From Cytophagales bacterium (lineage in GTDB: Bacteria > Bacteroidota > Bacteroidia > Cytophagales > JAIYAX01), in the NCBI GenBank assembly GCA_036735585.1, contig DAINOB010000001.1, forward strand, positions 1 to 33,483: a stretch of DNA of 33,483 bases. Direction: 5' to 3'. How positions within the stretch are numbered: position 1 is the stretch's first letter; each line of letters starts with the position of its first letter. Of this stretch, positions 8,885 through 20,900 are shown piece after piece. The position numbers and the translations under genes were made by a program. Below the pieces are notes generated by a model. The model saw only the letters and a list, made by a program, of their open reading frames with translations, made no database searches and was not told the DNA's origin.

Positions 8885-9949
8885 TTACATTCTTGGAGTA
8901 TCAAATCGCTTACGCTCCACTTCCATTTTTACTTTTTTAATGTAACGATAGGCGAATGAAATCTCAACTGCTCCTCTCCCATTGGTATAGTTGTTAAGAG
9001 ACGAAGTATTTAAATCGTAACTAAATGCAAACGTAAATTTATCTGTATTAAGGCCTGTAGCGAATATAAAGCTATCTTCAAGCCTGTGCCATATCCCTGC
9101 AATAATATCTACATTGGCTAATTTACTTTTTGAATCAAAGGATGCAGGAAATTTAGCAGATACACCAGGATTAATTTGTATCAAACCAGCTTGATAGACT
9201 ACTATGTAGTTGGGGGATATATATATGCCTAAATGACTTGGAATATCAATTCTTCCAAATGTTTTGATCACCGGTGGTAAATTTTGGGTTTGGCCTTCAA
9301 CCAATGACTCATTGGGGCTGTTGAGTTGATACCCAGACAAGCCGAGCGAAAGGTTCTTTCTTCTTCTTTTCTTTTTGCCAAACTGAGCGTTATAACTAAC
9401 ACCTACTCCTACATCTGGCATGATGCGAGTAGCCATTAGGTCTTCCTCTCCTGTAGCTAGAGATGGGTCTAATCCAGACCCTGGTCTATATTGATTGCCC
9501 CAACCTGCTCCTATGTTAGCCTGTTTTTGAATAAATCCAAGCATCATCCCAAAGCTAACGTACTTTTCGTTTTTACTCTTTAGCGGAAGGTTGTATGCAA
9601 AGCTTGCATTGGCTCCTGTATTCTTCACCAAGCCATTTGCTGCATTATCATTCACCAATGAAAGACCTATCCCGCCCCAATTTTCCATTTTTTTTGTCCT
9701 GCTTGTTAAAGGATGGATCAAGGAAACTTGTGTAGATGTATAAGCTTCTGAAATGCTGGTCCACTGACTCCTATGTACTCCACTTATAGACAAATGCTCT
9801 TCTGCTGCTGCAAACGTAGGGTTGAGATATAATCTGGAGGCAAAGAACTGAGAAAACTCAAAGTTCTGTGCTCTAAGTCCTTGTCCTGACAGCACGAAAA
9901 GGCATAGGAATAGTATTTGTCGGTATGATGCGTGACTGATGCTACTCAT
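8885..9949 (-). CDS. PorP/SprF family T9SS membrane protein (copy 1)
   Basis: Signal peptide followed by FSQFFASRLYLNPTFAA, the hallmark N-terminal motif of PorP/SprF beta-barrels. 354 aa. Its ATG overlaps the stop of the upstream cargo gene (ATGA at 9946-9949). Confidence 0.85.
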   Translation of the reverse strand: MSSISHASYRQILFLCLFVLSGQGLRAQNFEFSQFFASRLYLNPTFAAAEEHLSISGVHRSQWTSISEAYTSTQVSLIHPLTSRTKKMENWGGIGLSLVNDNAANGLVKNTGANASFAYNLPLKSKNEKYVSFGMMLGFIQKQANIGAGWGNQYRPGSGLDPSLATGEEDLMATRIMPDVGVGVSYNAQFGKKKRRRKNLSLGLSGYQLNSPNESLVEGQTQNLPPVIKTFGRIDIPSHLGIYISPNYIVVYQAGLIQINPGVSAKFPASFDSKSKLANVDIIAGIWHRLEDSFIFATGLNTDKFTFAFSYDLNTSSLNNYTNGRGAVEISFAYRYIKKVKMEVERKRFDTPRM

Positions 9950-11853
9950 CTAAAAAGTGTGGCGCTCCCCACAAGATTGATGGGTGTTCCATCAAGAAAC
10001 TTTCCACTTACAGTATAAGTATAAGCGCCTTGTGGCAATTCATTACCAGAGTTATTCATAGCTCCATTCCATCCTAACTCTTGCACTAATTGTAAGTTGC
10101 TGTTTTCAAAAACTACTTGCCCCCACCGGTTGTAGATCATCATCATAAATTCATCCTCAGAGATGTTTGTTCCAAAGATTCTCAGACTTGAATTATTGGA
10201 ATTGGTGGAGTTGGGTCTAAAAAACTTAGGTATAAAAATTACATTTTGGTCCTGCAAGTTTATGCTGTCTTGTGGTAGGGCAAAAGTAAAAACGGTGATG
10301 GTATCTTGTAAACTAGGGCATCCAGATGAATCTATAGCAATAACATAGTATTCTCTATTTCCTAAGGTAGCAACATTTCCAGTAAAGGTTAATACTGGTG
10401 TATTTACATCAACTACGTTGATATTCACAGGGCTCCATTCAAATGTATAAGGTTCACCTGCTCCACCACTTGCACTGGCAGTAAATTGCGCAGAATTAAA
10501 TACCCTTACACTATCAATCTTTGGAGACACTACTACACTAGGTATTGGTCTAGTTCCTAAAGTAACAGAATCGAATTTTTGGCAGTTTGCTTGATCTCTT
10601 ACTCTCACTATATAGACAAGTGGAGTAGTCAAACTACCAGGAGTAGCAATGGGGTTTGCAGAGGTAGAACTGCTCAACTTATCTAAACCTTGATTCCATA
10701 AAAAAGAATAAGGTGGAAGTCCGCCATTTACAACAGCGTTAAGTTGATAATCAGAGCCTTCACAAAGTATTGAATCTTGCTGTGGTATGGAAACTGACAA
10801 ACTATTGACAGTAACATTGGTATTACCAGTGGTACTGCAACCGACCGAATCAGTCACCGTTACTATGTAATTTATTGAGTTGATTGCAGTTAAGGTTACC
10901 GTTGGTCCTTGGGTAGCATTCAACCCTGTACTTGGGGTCCAATTATAGGTGAAAGGTGCCGCACCGCCAGTAGCAGTAGCTGATAAGTTGAAGACTGAAT
11001 CAGGACAAACTGCAGGATTCTGAGGCGTGATAGATACATTTATTGGAGGCGCCACATTTATTGTCACAAATGCCGTATCTGCATTGCACTGAAGTATCGA
11101 AGCATCCCTCACAATTACTCTATAGGTAGTAGTTGCAGAAGGTGTAGCTACAGGATTGGATATAGTAGGATTATTAAGTCCACCTGAAGGTGTCCAAGTA
11201 GTTTGATAAGGTGGTGTTCCAGAAACCACGGACGAATTTAACAACGCAAAAGTTCCTGAACATATAGAGGTATCATTTGATGCTGTGATTTGTGGACCTG
11301 CTGTAATAGAAACATTTACTGAATCGGTAAAACTGCATGATAAGGTTACTACTACCCTGGTTTGCCTCATCCAATAGATTCCTGGAGTCGTGACACGTAT
11401 AAAAGTATCCGTGGCTCCAGTATTCCAAAGCTGAGAACCCAGCCCCGTACCAGGAATAGTACCTAAAGCGGGTCTTCGAATAGTTGCAGTATCCCCGCTG
11501 CATAGTGCTATATCTGGTCCCAGAGAAAATCTAGGGGTAAGAAATTGCCTTACAAAGATGCTGTCACGGTAAGAAACATTATTTGAATCGGTGGCAATGA
11601 CAAAGTAATAGAAACCTAAGTTAGGAACTGAATCAAGTAACAATGTATCTGCGAAAGAAAGTGAAGTTGTATCGAATTCTATAAACCAACTATAATTATT
11701 AAATCCAGATGTTGCTCTCAATATCAATTTATCCCCTTCACAGAAAGTAGCGGAAGAACCATTCAAAATATTAAGCTGCGCCAAAACAGGAAAGTAAGAA
11801 ACCTGCAAGGTAAAACAAGTTACAAAAAGAAATTTTAGAAAGCCTACTTTCAT
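9946..11853 (-). CDS. T9SS type-B sorting-domain cell-surface protein with Ig-like modules
   Basis: Signal peptide MKVGFLKFLFVTCFTLQVSYFPVLAQ and four ~80 aa modules (C..L.a...GG.pPY.y.W.P..GL ... Y.V.V.D..GC). C-terminal ...IYNRWGQVVFE...GWNG...LPQGAYTYTV... gliding-motility-type sorting domain. The track start at 11874 is TTG; the ATG is at 11853. Confidence 0.85.
   Translation of the reverse strand: MKVGFLKFLFVTCFTLQVSYFPVLAQLNILNGSSATFCEGDKLILRATSGFNNYSWFIEFDTTSLSFADTLLLDSVPNLGFYYFVIATDSNNVSYRDSIFVRQFLTPRFSLGPDIALCSGDTATIRRPALGTIPGTGLGSQLWNTGATDTFIRVTTPGIYWMRQTRVVVTLSCSFTDSVNVSITAGPQITASNDTSICSGTFALLNSSVVSGTPPYQTTWTPSGGLNNPTISNPVATPSATTTYRVIVRDASILQCNADTAFVTINVAPPINVSITPQNPAVCPDSVFNLSATATGGAAPFTYNWTPSTGLNATQGPTVTLTAINSINYIVTVTDSVGCSTTGNTNVTVNSLSVSIPQQDSILCEGSDYQLNAVVNGGLPPYSFLWNQGLDKLSSSTSANPIATPGSLTTPLVYIVRVRDQANCQKFDSVTLGTRPIPSVVVSPKIDSVRVFNSAQFTASASGGAGEPYTFEWSPVNINVVDVNTPVLTFTGNVATLGNREYYVIAIDSSGCPSLQDTITVFTFALPQDSINLQDQNVIFIPKFFRPNSTNSNNSSLRIFGTNISEDEFMMMIYNRWGQVVFENSNLQLVQELGWNGAMNNSGNELPQGAYTYTVSGKFLDGTPINLVGSATLFR
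9949..10242 (-). other. Type-B (CHU_C/gliding-motility-associated) C-terminal sorting domain of the 642-aa protein
   Basis: VIFIPKFFRPN...IYNRWGQVVFENSN...GWNGAMNNSGNELPQGAYTYTVSGKFLDG...ATLFR. It matches the NRWG / GW(D/N)G / G.Y.Y pattern of TIGR04131-type domains. Confidence 0.75.
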
Positions 11854-11893
11854 AGAATAAGCAAAATTAGGCAATACACATACAAAAAGCTAA

Positions 11894-11927
11894 AATTTTA
11901 GGTGTTCGAGTATGAACACCTAAAATT
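11894..11927 (-). terminator. Strong hairpin (candidate bidirectional intrinsic terminator/attenuator) 8 nt after the giant-gene stop
   Basis: Perfect 14-bp stem AATTTTAGGTGTTC / GAACACCTAAAATT with the 6-nt loop GAGTAT. On the minus strand it is followed by TTAGCTTTTTG and preceded by an A-run. Confidence 0.6.
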
Positions 11928-11934
11928 GATTTTT

Positions 11935-14900
11935 TTATCTAATCAGTGTCACACTGCCTTGCTTCTTGAAGGGTCCTGCAAATTCACTTTCGATTCCTTT
12001 ATACGTAACAATGAAAGGATAAGTACCTGTAGGCATTTCTTCTCCTTTATAAGTGCCATCCCAGCCCTCCGTGATGTCTGTGGCATAGAAGATTATTTCA
12101 CCCCATCTGTTGAAAATGGTCAGTGAAAAATCACTGAAATATTCTCCAAACAACCTGAAGAAGTCATCCTTACCATCACCATTGGGAGTAAAGCCCGAGG
12201 GTGTAAAAATCCTAGGTGAGCATCTATCAAAGACTAGAATACTATCCGTAGCAGGGCAGTTGGCCTCATTGAAAACGGTGACCGTATAATAACCTGAATC
12301 CGTGGCATAGAAGGTAGATAGTGTATCTGTACTGTCAGCACCAAACCCAAACCATTCATACCGCGCAAAACCTGAAACATTCAAAGCAACACTGTCATCA
12401 TCTGCTTTACAGAATTTGATGCTTGCAGGTAATACCAATTGAGGTAAAGGACTAAAGATTAACGTGGCACTGTCTTCATCAAAGCATTGGTCAATAGCAA
12501 ATCTTACAGAGTATATTCCGGGTGTCGTAGCCCTGTAAATACTGTCGCGTTCACTTTCAATGGCAAGCCCTTCGGTAAACCAAGTATATACACCAGAAGA
12601 TAGATTTAAGCTATCATAGTTGATAGGTGTGCCATTAAGAACAACTGGTAGGCCTTGACAACCTGTAGTGTCATTGAGTACCACCTCAGGCCTGATCGTA
12701 GTAGACAATACTATGGTATCTCGTCCTATACATCCATAACTGTCTGTAATTAAGACTTGAAACACTTGGTTTACACTTGGGGTGTCATTGCCCAATGTAT
12801 CAAAGAAGAAGGTGGTATAGGCTAAGGTATCTCCCAAACTGGTCCATATATATTGAGCACCCGGGAATGCTGTGGTAGCAATCGTCACATCACTACCCAC
12901 ACAAACTGTCCTATCTGAGCCATTTGGCCGCGGAGGAATCACCACATTGGTGCTGGCATCTGTAAAGCACTGGTCAAAGAAATACAGTATCCTATGAATG
13001 CCGGGTTGTTCGAGTTGCAGTGTGCTGTTGTTGGCTCCTAATATGATAGAATCATTTCTAAACCATAAGAAGGTACCTGCCACTCCAGGCACGTTGGCTA
13101 CATTACTGTTGATGAGTAATGAGGTGTCAAAACAGAAGCTTGTGTCCATGTTAAATGTAGGCGGATTGATCCCAAACAATCGTATGGTGTCTGTTGTAAC
13201 ACATCCTCTTGAGTCTTGAGCAGTTACCACAAATCCCGTATCATTTGAAACGGTAACTACTACATTATGGCTGTTGGAAATAATCAGTCCGTTCAGGGTA
13301 CTCCATCTGTATTGATTGCCTGTTTCTCTGAATGAAGTCAACAGTACATTACTACCTCTACACACGGTCTTGTCCAACCCTGCATCTGCAAAGGGTGGTG
13401 GTGCTATCCCAACTACCATATCGCTGTTGGCTCCAGGACAAGCTCCAGTGGGGATAGAGGTAAGTGTAAACTCTATTCTCTGTAAAGTGAAATCCGAAGC
13501 TGATGGGAAGTAGAAAGGTGTCAGCTGTTGTGGACTTGGAGAGAACACTCCTGTACCATTGGTAGTCCATGAGCCTCCTATGGCGTTTTGTATACTTCCT
13601 TGCAGTTGGATAGATCCGTTTTGCACGCACAAGGAGCTTGGTCCTGTATTCACTACAGGAAGCCTTTGAAGCGTGTAGATTACGGAATCTGTCTTTGCTT
13701 TACACTTTCCGGGAGCAGAGGTAAGTCTAAAAATGATTGAATTTCTTAGCCTATCATCTAGGGATATGGCGTACGTAGGGGAAAGTACATCTTCCGATGG
13801 GGCAAACACTCCTGTCCCGTTTGTCGTCCATGAGGTATTCAATAGTTGATCTATCGTTCCGTTTAATTGTATTTGAAGTGCATCTTCGCATACTGCTAAA
13901 TCAGGTCCAGCTTCTACTTTAGGTGCTTCCACAAACCTTACGATCTTGTTGTCGCTTACGGACTGGCAAAGTCCATTTCCTGTAGTATTTGCGGTAAGTA
14001 CTACAGCTCCAGCAAATTTATCTGCCGCACTTGGCAAGTAAAAAGCATTAGGAGAAGTAGCCGTAGGCAAGATGATACCAGTACCTGTACTCAACCATTG
14101 TACACCATTGGCTCTAGCAAAAGTAGCACTGATGGGAATGGAATCTTGATCAGAACATATCTCTTCAGGTACCGTAATGCTGATTTCTGGTACACGTAAA
14201 ATTCTTAAAATCTTCGTATCACTTACTGGAGAGCAAGTTCCATTCCCATCGGAAGTTAAGGTAAGACCTACCTGCCCTGCTTGTTTGTCACTCGCAGAGG
14301 GCTGATAAACTGCATTAAGGGTAAAGGCATTGGGTACAAATGTTCCTGTGCCTGTAGTAGTCCACACACCTCCATTGGCAACAGTAACAAAGCCACTTAG
14401 CTGTATAAAATTTGCATCTGCACAAATGGTATCATTCAATCCCGCATCCACTGTAGGTGTAGGGGTAAACAATACTCTGATGCTATCTATTGTGCTGTTA
14501 CAAACATTGGTTGGTAGAGAGGCAAGTCGAATGAATATAGAGTCACTTGCAATATCAGCTGCACTTGGCTGATAAAACCCATTGAGGGAGGTATTGGAAG
14601 GAAGGAAAATACCTGTACCTGTAGACGACCAAGTGCCTCCAGGTGCATTCAATATCAATCCATTCAAGTTGATAAGCTGAACGTCTCTACAAATTTCTAT
14701 ATCAAATCCAGCATTTACGACCGCAGCAGGTTCTGTGTTGAAAGTAATGGTAGCAAAAGCAGCTGATGAATCGCAAGGAGCATTTCCTGTAGAAACTAAA
14801 TACACTGTAACAGCATTGGCCGCTAAATCTGAGGCAGTAGGAAAGTAACGAGGTGTCAGAATAGTATCGTTGTCGAAAGTCCCTGTACCTAGGGTTTTCC

Positions 14901-17900
14901 AGCGCACACTTGGTGTGTTTACTGAAGTGCCAGACAACTGGATAAAAGGCTCATTTCTACATACATCAGTCGGAGCTGATGCCGTTACCAGGGGCACTCG
15001 TCTAATGCGAACAACTGTACTATCGAATGCCGCCCTACAAGTGCCATTTCCAAGGGTAGTAAGTCTAAAGAATATGCTGTCACTAGCTCTATCCGCTACA
15101 GAAAGCGCATATATAGGATTCAATTGGAATGGATCTGTGGAGAAAGAACCTGAGCCTGTAGAACTCCATGACACTCCCTGAGCAACTGTGATAACCGAAC
15201 TGAGATTTACTGTTGTACTTGTCTCACAAATTACTTGAGCAGGACTGATAGTGGTGGTAACTGTTGGCGTCAAATTAATTCTAACAGTATCTGAAACCTG
15301 CCTACAAATTCCCGTCCCTGTTGTGGTGGCAATTAACTCTACAAATCCTAAGTTTCTTTCAGCTATTGTAGGTGTGTAAAAAATACTGAAGTTGTTTGGT
15401 CCATTCAGTGGTAGTGGCGTTACAGAACCTACTTTCCTCCAAATAGCACCTCCAGCTTGGGTAGCGGTGGCCTGAAGCAATAGGCTGTCTACATCCCTAC
15501 AAATGGTAATGTCAAACCCAGCAAAAATAGTGGGTGCAGGATTGATGAATAGGGTAAGCTGGTCTGATTGGCTGCTACATGCCGTAGGACTCGTCACTTG
15601 TATCGTAAGTACCACTAGTGAATCTTGAATATCCTGGGCCGAGGGCACATATATGGCATTAGCGGTGATATCATTTGGAATAAACGTACCTGTGCCGCTG
15701 GTAGACCAAGTCACTGCACTTGCATTGGCAATCACAGGATTGAGCTGCAACCCTGAACTGTCGGCACATATCGTCCGATTGGGACCTGCATTTACTGTAG
15801 GGCCAGGTAATATCCTTAGCAAAAGCGTGTCTATAACAGGTGGACATGCCCCTGAAGCCGGTGAAACTAAAGTTAACAGCACTTGTTGAGCTGCTATCTC
15901 CCCTGCGGTAGGTTGATACGTGGCATTTAATACATTCCTTGAAGGACTGAATGTGCCAAGTCCTCCCACCCAACTTCCGTTTGCACCTGAGCCATTCAGC
16001 AGGTATGGAAAATCATTGGTGCAAACTGTATCTATTGGGCCACCTGCATTGATTACCAGAGCCGTGGAAAACTGTATATTCAATGTATCAAATGCCGGGA
16101 AGCAAGTATTGTTCCCATTGGCTTGATACACAAGTGATACTAATCCAGCTGCAGTATCTGCTTGACTTGGGAAATAAAAACCACTTGCAGAAAGATTTGA
16201 TGGTTGGAATGTTCCAGAACCTAGTGTGGTCCAGAACCCATTAGGTGAATTGGTAGATTGTGCAAACAGTGGCAAGCTGTCCAAAGAAGCACAGACTTGG
16301 TAGTCCTGCCCTACATTCACTGTGGGACTTTGTGTAATAGCCAACACCATCCCATCAGATACATTGGCGCATATACCGTCTGTGACAGTGCGAATGGTGA
16401 AAAACAAGGTGTCCAATAATCTATCAGCTACAGAAGGTTGATAAAATATAGATGCCGTTGCCGTATCACTCAATATTCCTGAACCATTTGTAGTCCATTT
16501 TACTCTTAATGCGTTTGCGAATGTACCTGTGATATCTACCGATTCATCATCAGAGCACATTTGCTTATCAATGCCCGCATTAACTGTAGGTGGGGCTACT
16601 ATTCTTAGCGTCAGGCTGTCTTCTATAGGATTACATACAGTATTCAGTGTAGTTACGCTTCTTATTGTAACTACAGTATCCAATAGACCTGGTACGTAAA
16701 ACACTGTGTCACTAAGCGCATTTGGTAAAAATGATCCGGTACCTGTACTAGTCCATGACACCCCTCCTGCATGGGCATAGTTTGCTATTAAGCGAACTCC
16801 AGGTGCTGTCTTACAGATAGATGTGTCATTCCCAATATTTAGAGTAGGTAGTGGGTTGATTGTGATCAACATACTATCTATTCTTGGCTTACAGATTCCA
16901 GTGCCAGTAGTTTGTAAATACAGCTTTACCAAACCGTTATTACGATCCGCGACACTCGGGAAATAATTGGCATTTAGATCTGTAGCAAATGGAGTAAAGC
17001 CTCCTGTGCCTAAAGTAGACCATACTACACCCGATGCATTAGTAACAGTACCAGAAAGCGAAACGCTATTTTGACTTCGACAAATGGTCTGACTTGTTCC
17101 TGCATCTATTGTTGGGGCTGTTCTAAAATATAGATCATAGCTTCTTCTGGTAGTATCGCAAAGTCCGTTGCCAGTAGTGCTGAACGTAAACCTCACTTGA
17201 CCAGCAGCAATATCTAGATTTGAAGGAATATAACTTGTGTTGAACCCTGTATCACTAGGTGTGAAAATTCCTGTACCTGAGCTATTCCAAATGCCGCCTG
17301 TAGCTACTGTTACAACTGCGGATAGTGGAATGCTGGGCGTATCGCTACACACCAAAGTGTCTCCAACGAATTGAATATCGGGTTTTGGAGTGAGTGTGAT
17401 TATGATGGTATCTATCGGAGGAGGTACGCAAGGTCCATTACCAGTACTGGAGAGAAACAATCTTGCAAAGCCATTCAAGCGATCAACCGTGGTAAATACA
17501 TAATTAGGGTTGGCAACAAAACTGTTCGGAAAGAAACTTCCGTTGCTGGCACTACTCCAACTTACTCCTCCCGCATTTTGTACCGAGCCATTTAAGGAAG
17601 TACTTAATTTATCCTCGCATACATCATAGTCACCACCTGCATTGATGATTGGGGCGCGTATAATTCTGACCAATAAGGTGTCTCGTTTTGCTACGCATTG
17701 CCCTGTGCCTGTAGTAGTGGCAAAAACCAAAATACTGTCTCGTTGCCTGTCTGCAAAGGTGAGTTGATAGGTAGGCGTGGGACTGGTGTTAGAAGGGGAA
17801 AACGAACCAGTACCATTTGAACTCCACAAAACTCCTGTAGCATTGGTTGTCAATGCACTTAAAGGCAGTGTAGTTGTGGTTTCACAAATCTCTACATCTA

Positions 17901-20900
17901 AGCCAAGGCTCAATTCGGGCTCTGGGGTGAAGGTAACAATCAAGGAATTGGAGTCTGGATTGCAAATTCCATTGCCAGTTGTAGTTAGCCTCAAGGAAAC
18001 AAATTGAACTTGCTTATCCTGAGCACTAGGGATATATCTCGCATTCAAGGAAGTAGCATTGGGTACAAATATCCCTGTGCCTGTACTCAACCAAACTCCG
18101 CCTGTCGCATTAAATACCTGACCTAGCAATTGAACGGTATCACGATCTGCACATAAGGTCTGATTGGGGCCAGCAATGGCTCTTGGTCTTTTTGTTAATG
18201 TCATCAATACTGAATCTTGGGCTGGGGCACATGTCCCATTTCCCAATGTGGTAATAAATAAGCGCACACTTCCAAAGGCTGTATCTGCCTGTGAGGGGAA
18301 GTACCTAGAAGATGGTGTATTGGCGGTAGGTGAAAATATGCCCGATCCTGAGGTACTCCAGATTACTCCTTGGGCATTTGAAAAGGTTCCAAAGAGTTGA
18401 ATATTGTTTACATCTGAGCAAAATGACTGAGGAGAACCTGCACTTGTAGAAGGTGCATCTTGTAAGTCTATATTGATCGTATCTCTGTTGGGTTGGCAGC
18501 TTCCATTTCCCGTGGAGCTTAAAACTAAAACAACTCGCTGAGCTGTTCTCTCTGCTGGGGTTGGTAAATAGCCTGCATTTAATGTAGTAGCGTTTGGCGT
18601 GAACACTCCCCCGCCAAGGCTGGACCATAATCCTCCCGTGGCTAATGTCACAGCACCATTTAGTTGAATAGTATCTACTGTCTCACATACATCCTGGTCG
18701 GGGCCGGCATTGGCTACCACACTAGGATTGATAGTAACCCTTACAGAATCTCTTACTACGCCACAACCGTTTGCTGGAGGAACAGACAATACCAAATTGA
18801 CATTGCCATTTAATTTATCTGTAGCAGATAGAATGTATCGTCCTTGAGGGGTGTTTGCATTGGGGGTGAAGGCTCCTGTACCTGTAGTAGTCCAAACACT
18901 GAAAGGCGAATTTGTTACTGTTCCGTTAAGTTGAATCGTGTCTGTTTCAGCACACACCACTATGTCTGAACCGGCATTTATAACTGGGCCTTGAAGTATC
19001 GTGAAGAGTACCGTATCTGTAACCTGAATGCAATTAGGATTTGGGTTTGTAACCAATCTAAGTCTCACAAATCCATTCAAAACTTCTGCCGCAGATGGGG
19101 TATATCTTGCATTAAGTGTTGCCGAATTGGGGGTAAAGCTCCCGTTACCACCAAACCAAGTAGCCGCACTGCCTGATCCTGCCAATTGTATGGGAAAATC
19201 ACTGGTACATACCGTACGGTCTGGGCCAGCATTCACCACTGGATCTGCTGTAAACGTGATGACCATACTTGATGAATCAGCATTGCATAATCCATTTCCT
19301 GTAGATATAAGGGTAAGCACTACAAACCCATTTAGTCTATCTGTAGCACTAGGTAGGTAGTTGGCATTTAGCACATTGACATTAGGGCTGAATGTACCTG
19401 ATCCTGAGGAAACCCACCTGCCACCTGTGGCGCGTATCACTGAACCATTTAAAGTCACACTAGGCAATCCCCCACACACGGTTTGATTAGGACCTGCATT
19501 GGCTACAGGGCTTTGGGTGACTTGAATGGTGGCCGTAGACTGTACAGGATTACAATTTCCATTTAGTCTCGTCTCGGCTGTTATGGTAAAGCTACCTGCT
19601 AAAATTTCGCTCGCTGTAGGGATGTAAATTACATTTACAGAGTCTGAATTAGGAATAAAGCTACCTCCATTTCCGATCCATCGTACGCCTCCTGCTACAG
19701 TGAAGCTAGCACTCAGGTTTACTGCTGAATTGTCTTCGCATACAGCAGAAGGTGCTGAAATTGAAACGGTAGGAGCGTTAACAAAATTAATACGCACCGT
19801 GTCAAAGCTCGGATCACAAAATCCATTTCCTGTGGTTCTGAATCGTATGTCCACAAAACCCGCATTCAGCTCGTTCTGATTAGGAGTGTATGTTACATTC
19901 AAATTGTTTCTTCCAGGGGTAAATGTTCCACCACCGCCTACCCATCGGCCACCTCCTGCATTGGATACTGTACCTGAAAGGGATACAACTGCATTGTTTT
20001 TACACAAGGTCTGATCTGGTCCTGCATTTGAAACGGGGCCAGGCAATACACGGATTTGGATGGAATCTGATACTGGAAGACAATTGTTATTTAATGTGTC
20101 TGTGGTTAATGCTAATGTTAGTCCGCCTGCTGTAACTTCTGCTGGTGTAAGGGAATAAACAGTAATCAATGAATCCTGACTTGGATTGAACACTCCAGAG
20201 CCATTACTCCAAAAACCTCCACCCCCTCCTGATACTACTCCATTCAACTGTACGACTGGGTTATTGGTACAGACATCCACAATCGCAGGGCCTGCATTTA
20301 CAGAGGGTGGGTTTACAAAATTGATGGTCAATGAATCATTCAAGCCAGGGCATGTGACTGTATTTACTCTGAAAAATAATTTTACCGAACCATTTGTAAG
20401 CTCTTGTGCAGTAGGTAAATAGGTTACATTGAACTGATTGGGTGGTATCGGAGTAAATGTACCACCTCCGCCTGACCATAGTCTTGAAGCAGTAATTCCA
20501 CTCAAAGAAGAACCTGTAAGCGTAACTAAAGGATTGTTCCTACAGACACTTTGATCTGGACCAGCTTCCGCTCTTGGAGCTTGGCCTATGATGACTTGTA
20601 TACTGTCACGCGTAGGAGTGCAACCTGCGCCTGACGTATTTAAGTACAGGAAGATAACTGTTGAGGCAATATCGATGGGGCCTGGCTCATACGTTGCATT
20701 TAATGTGCTGGCATTGGGGAAAAATGTGCCATCGCCTAATGAAGACCAAAATCCAGTAGCCCCCATAGAGACACTTCCATTTAAATTAACCGTTGGATTG
20801 GTCTCACATACATTGACATTTGCCCCTGCATTGGCCACTGGAGATGGGGTAATGGCAAATTCCACGGTGTCACTGACTGCTGCGCAACCACTTATTCCTG

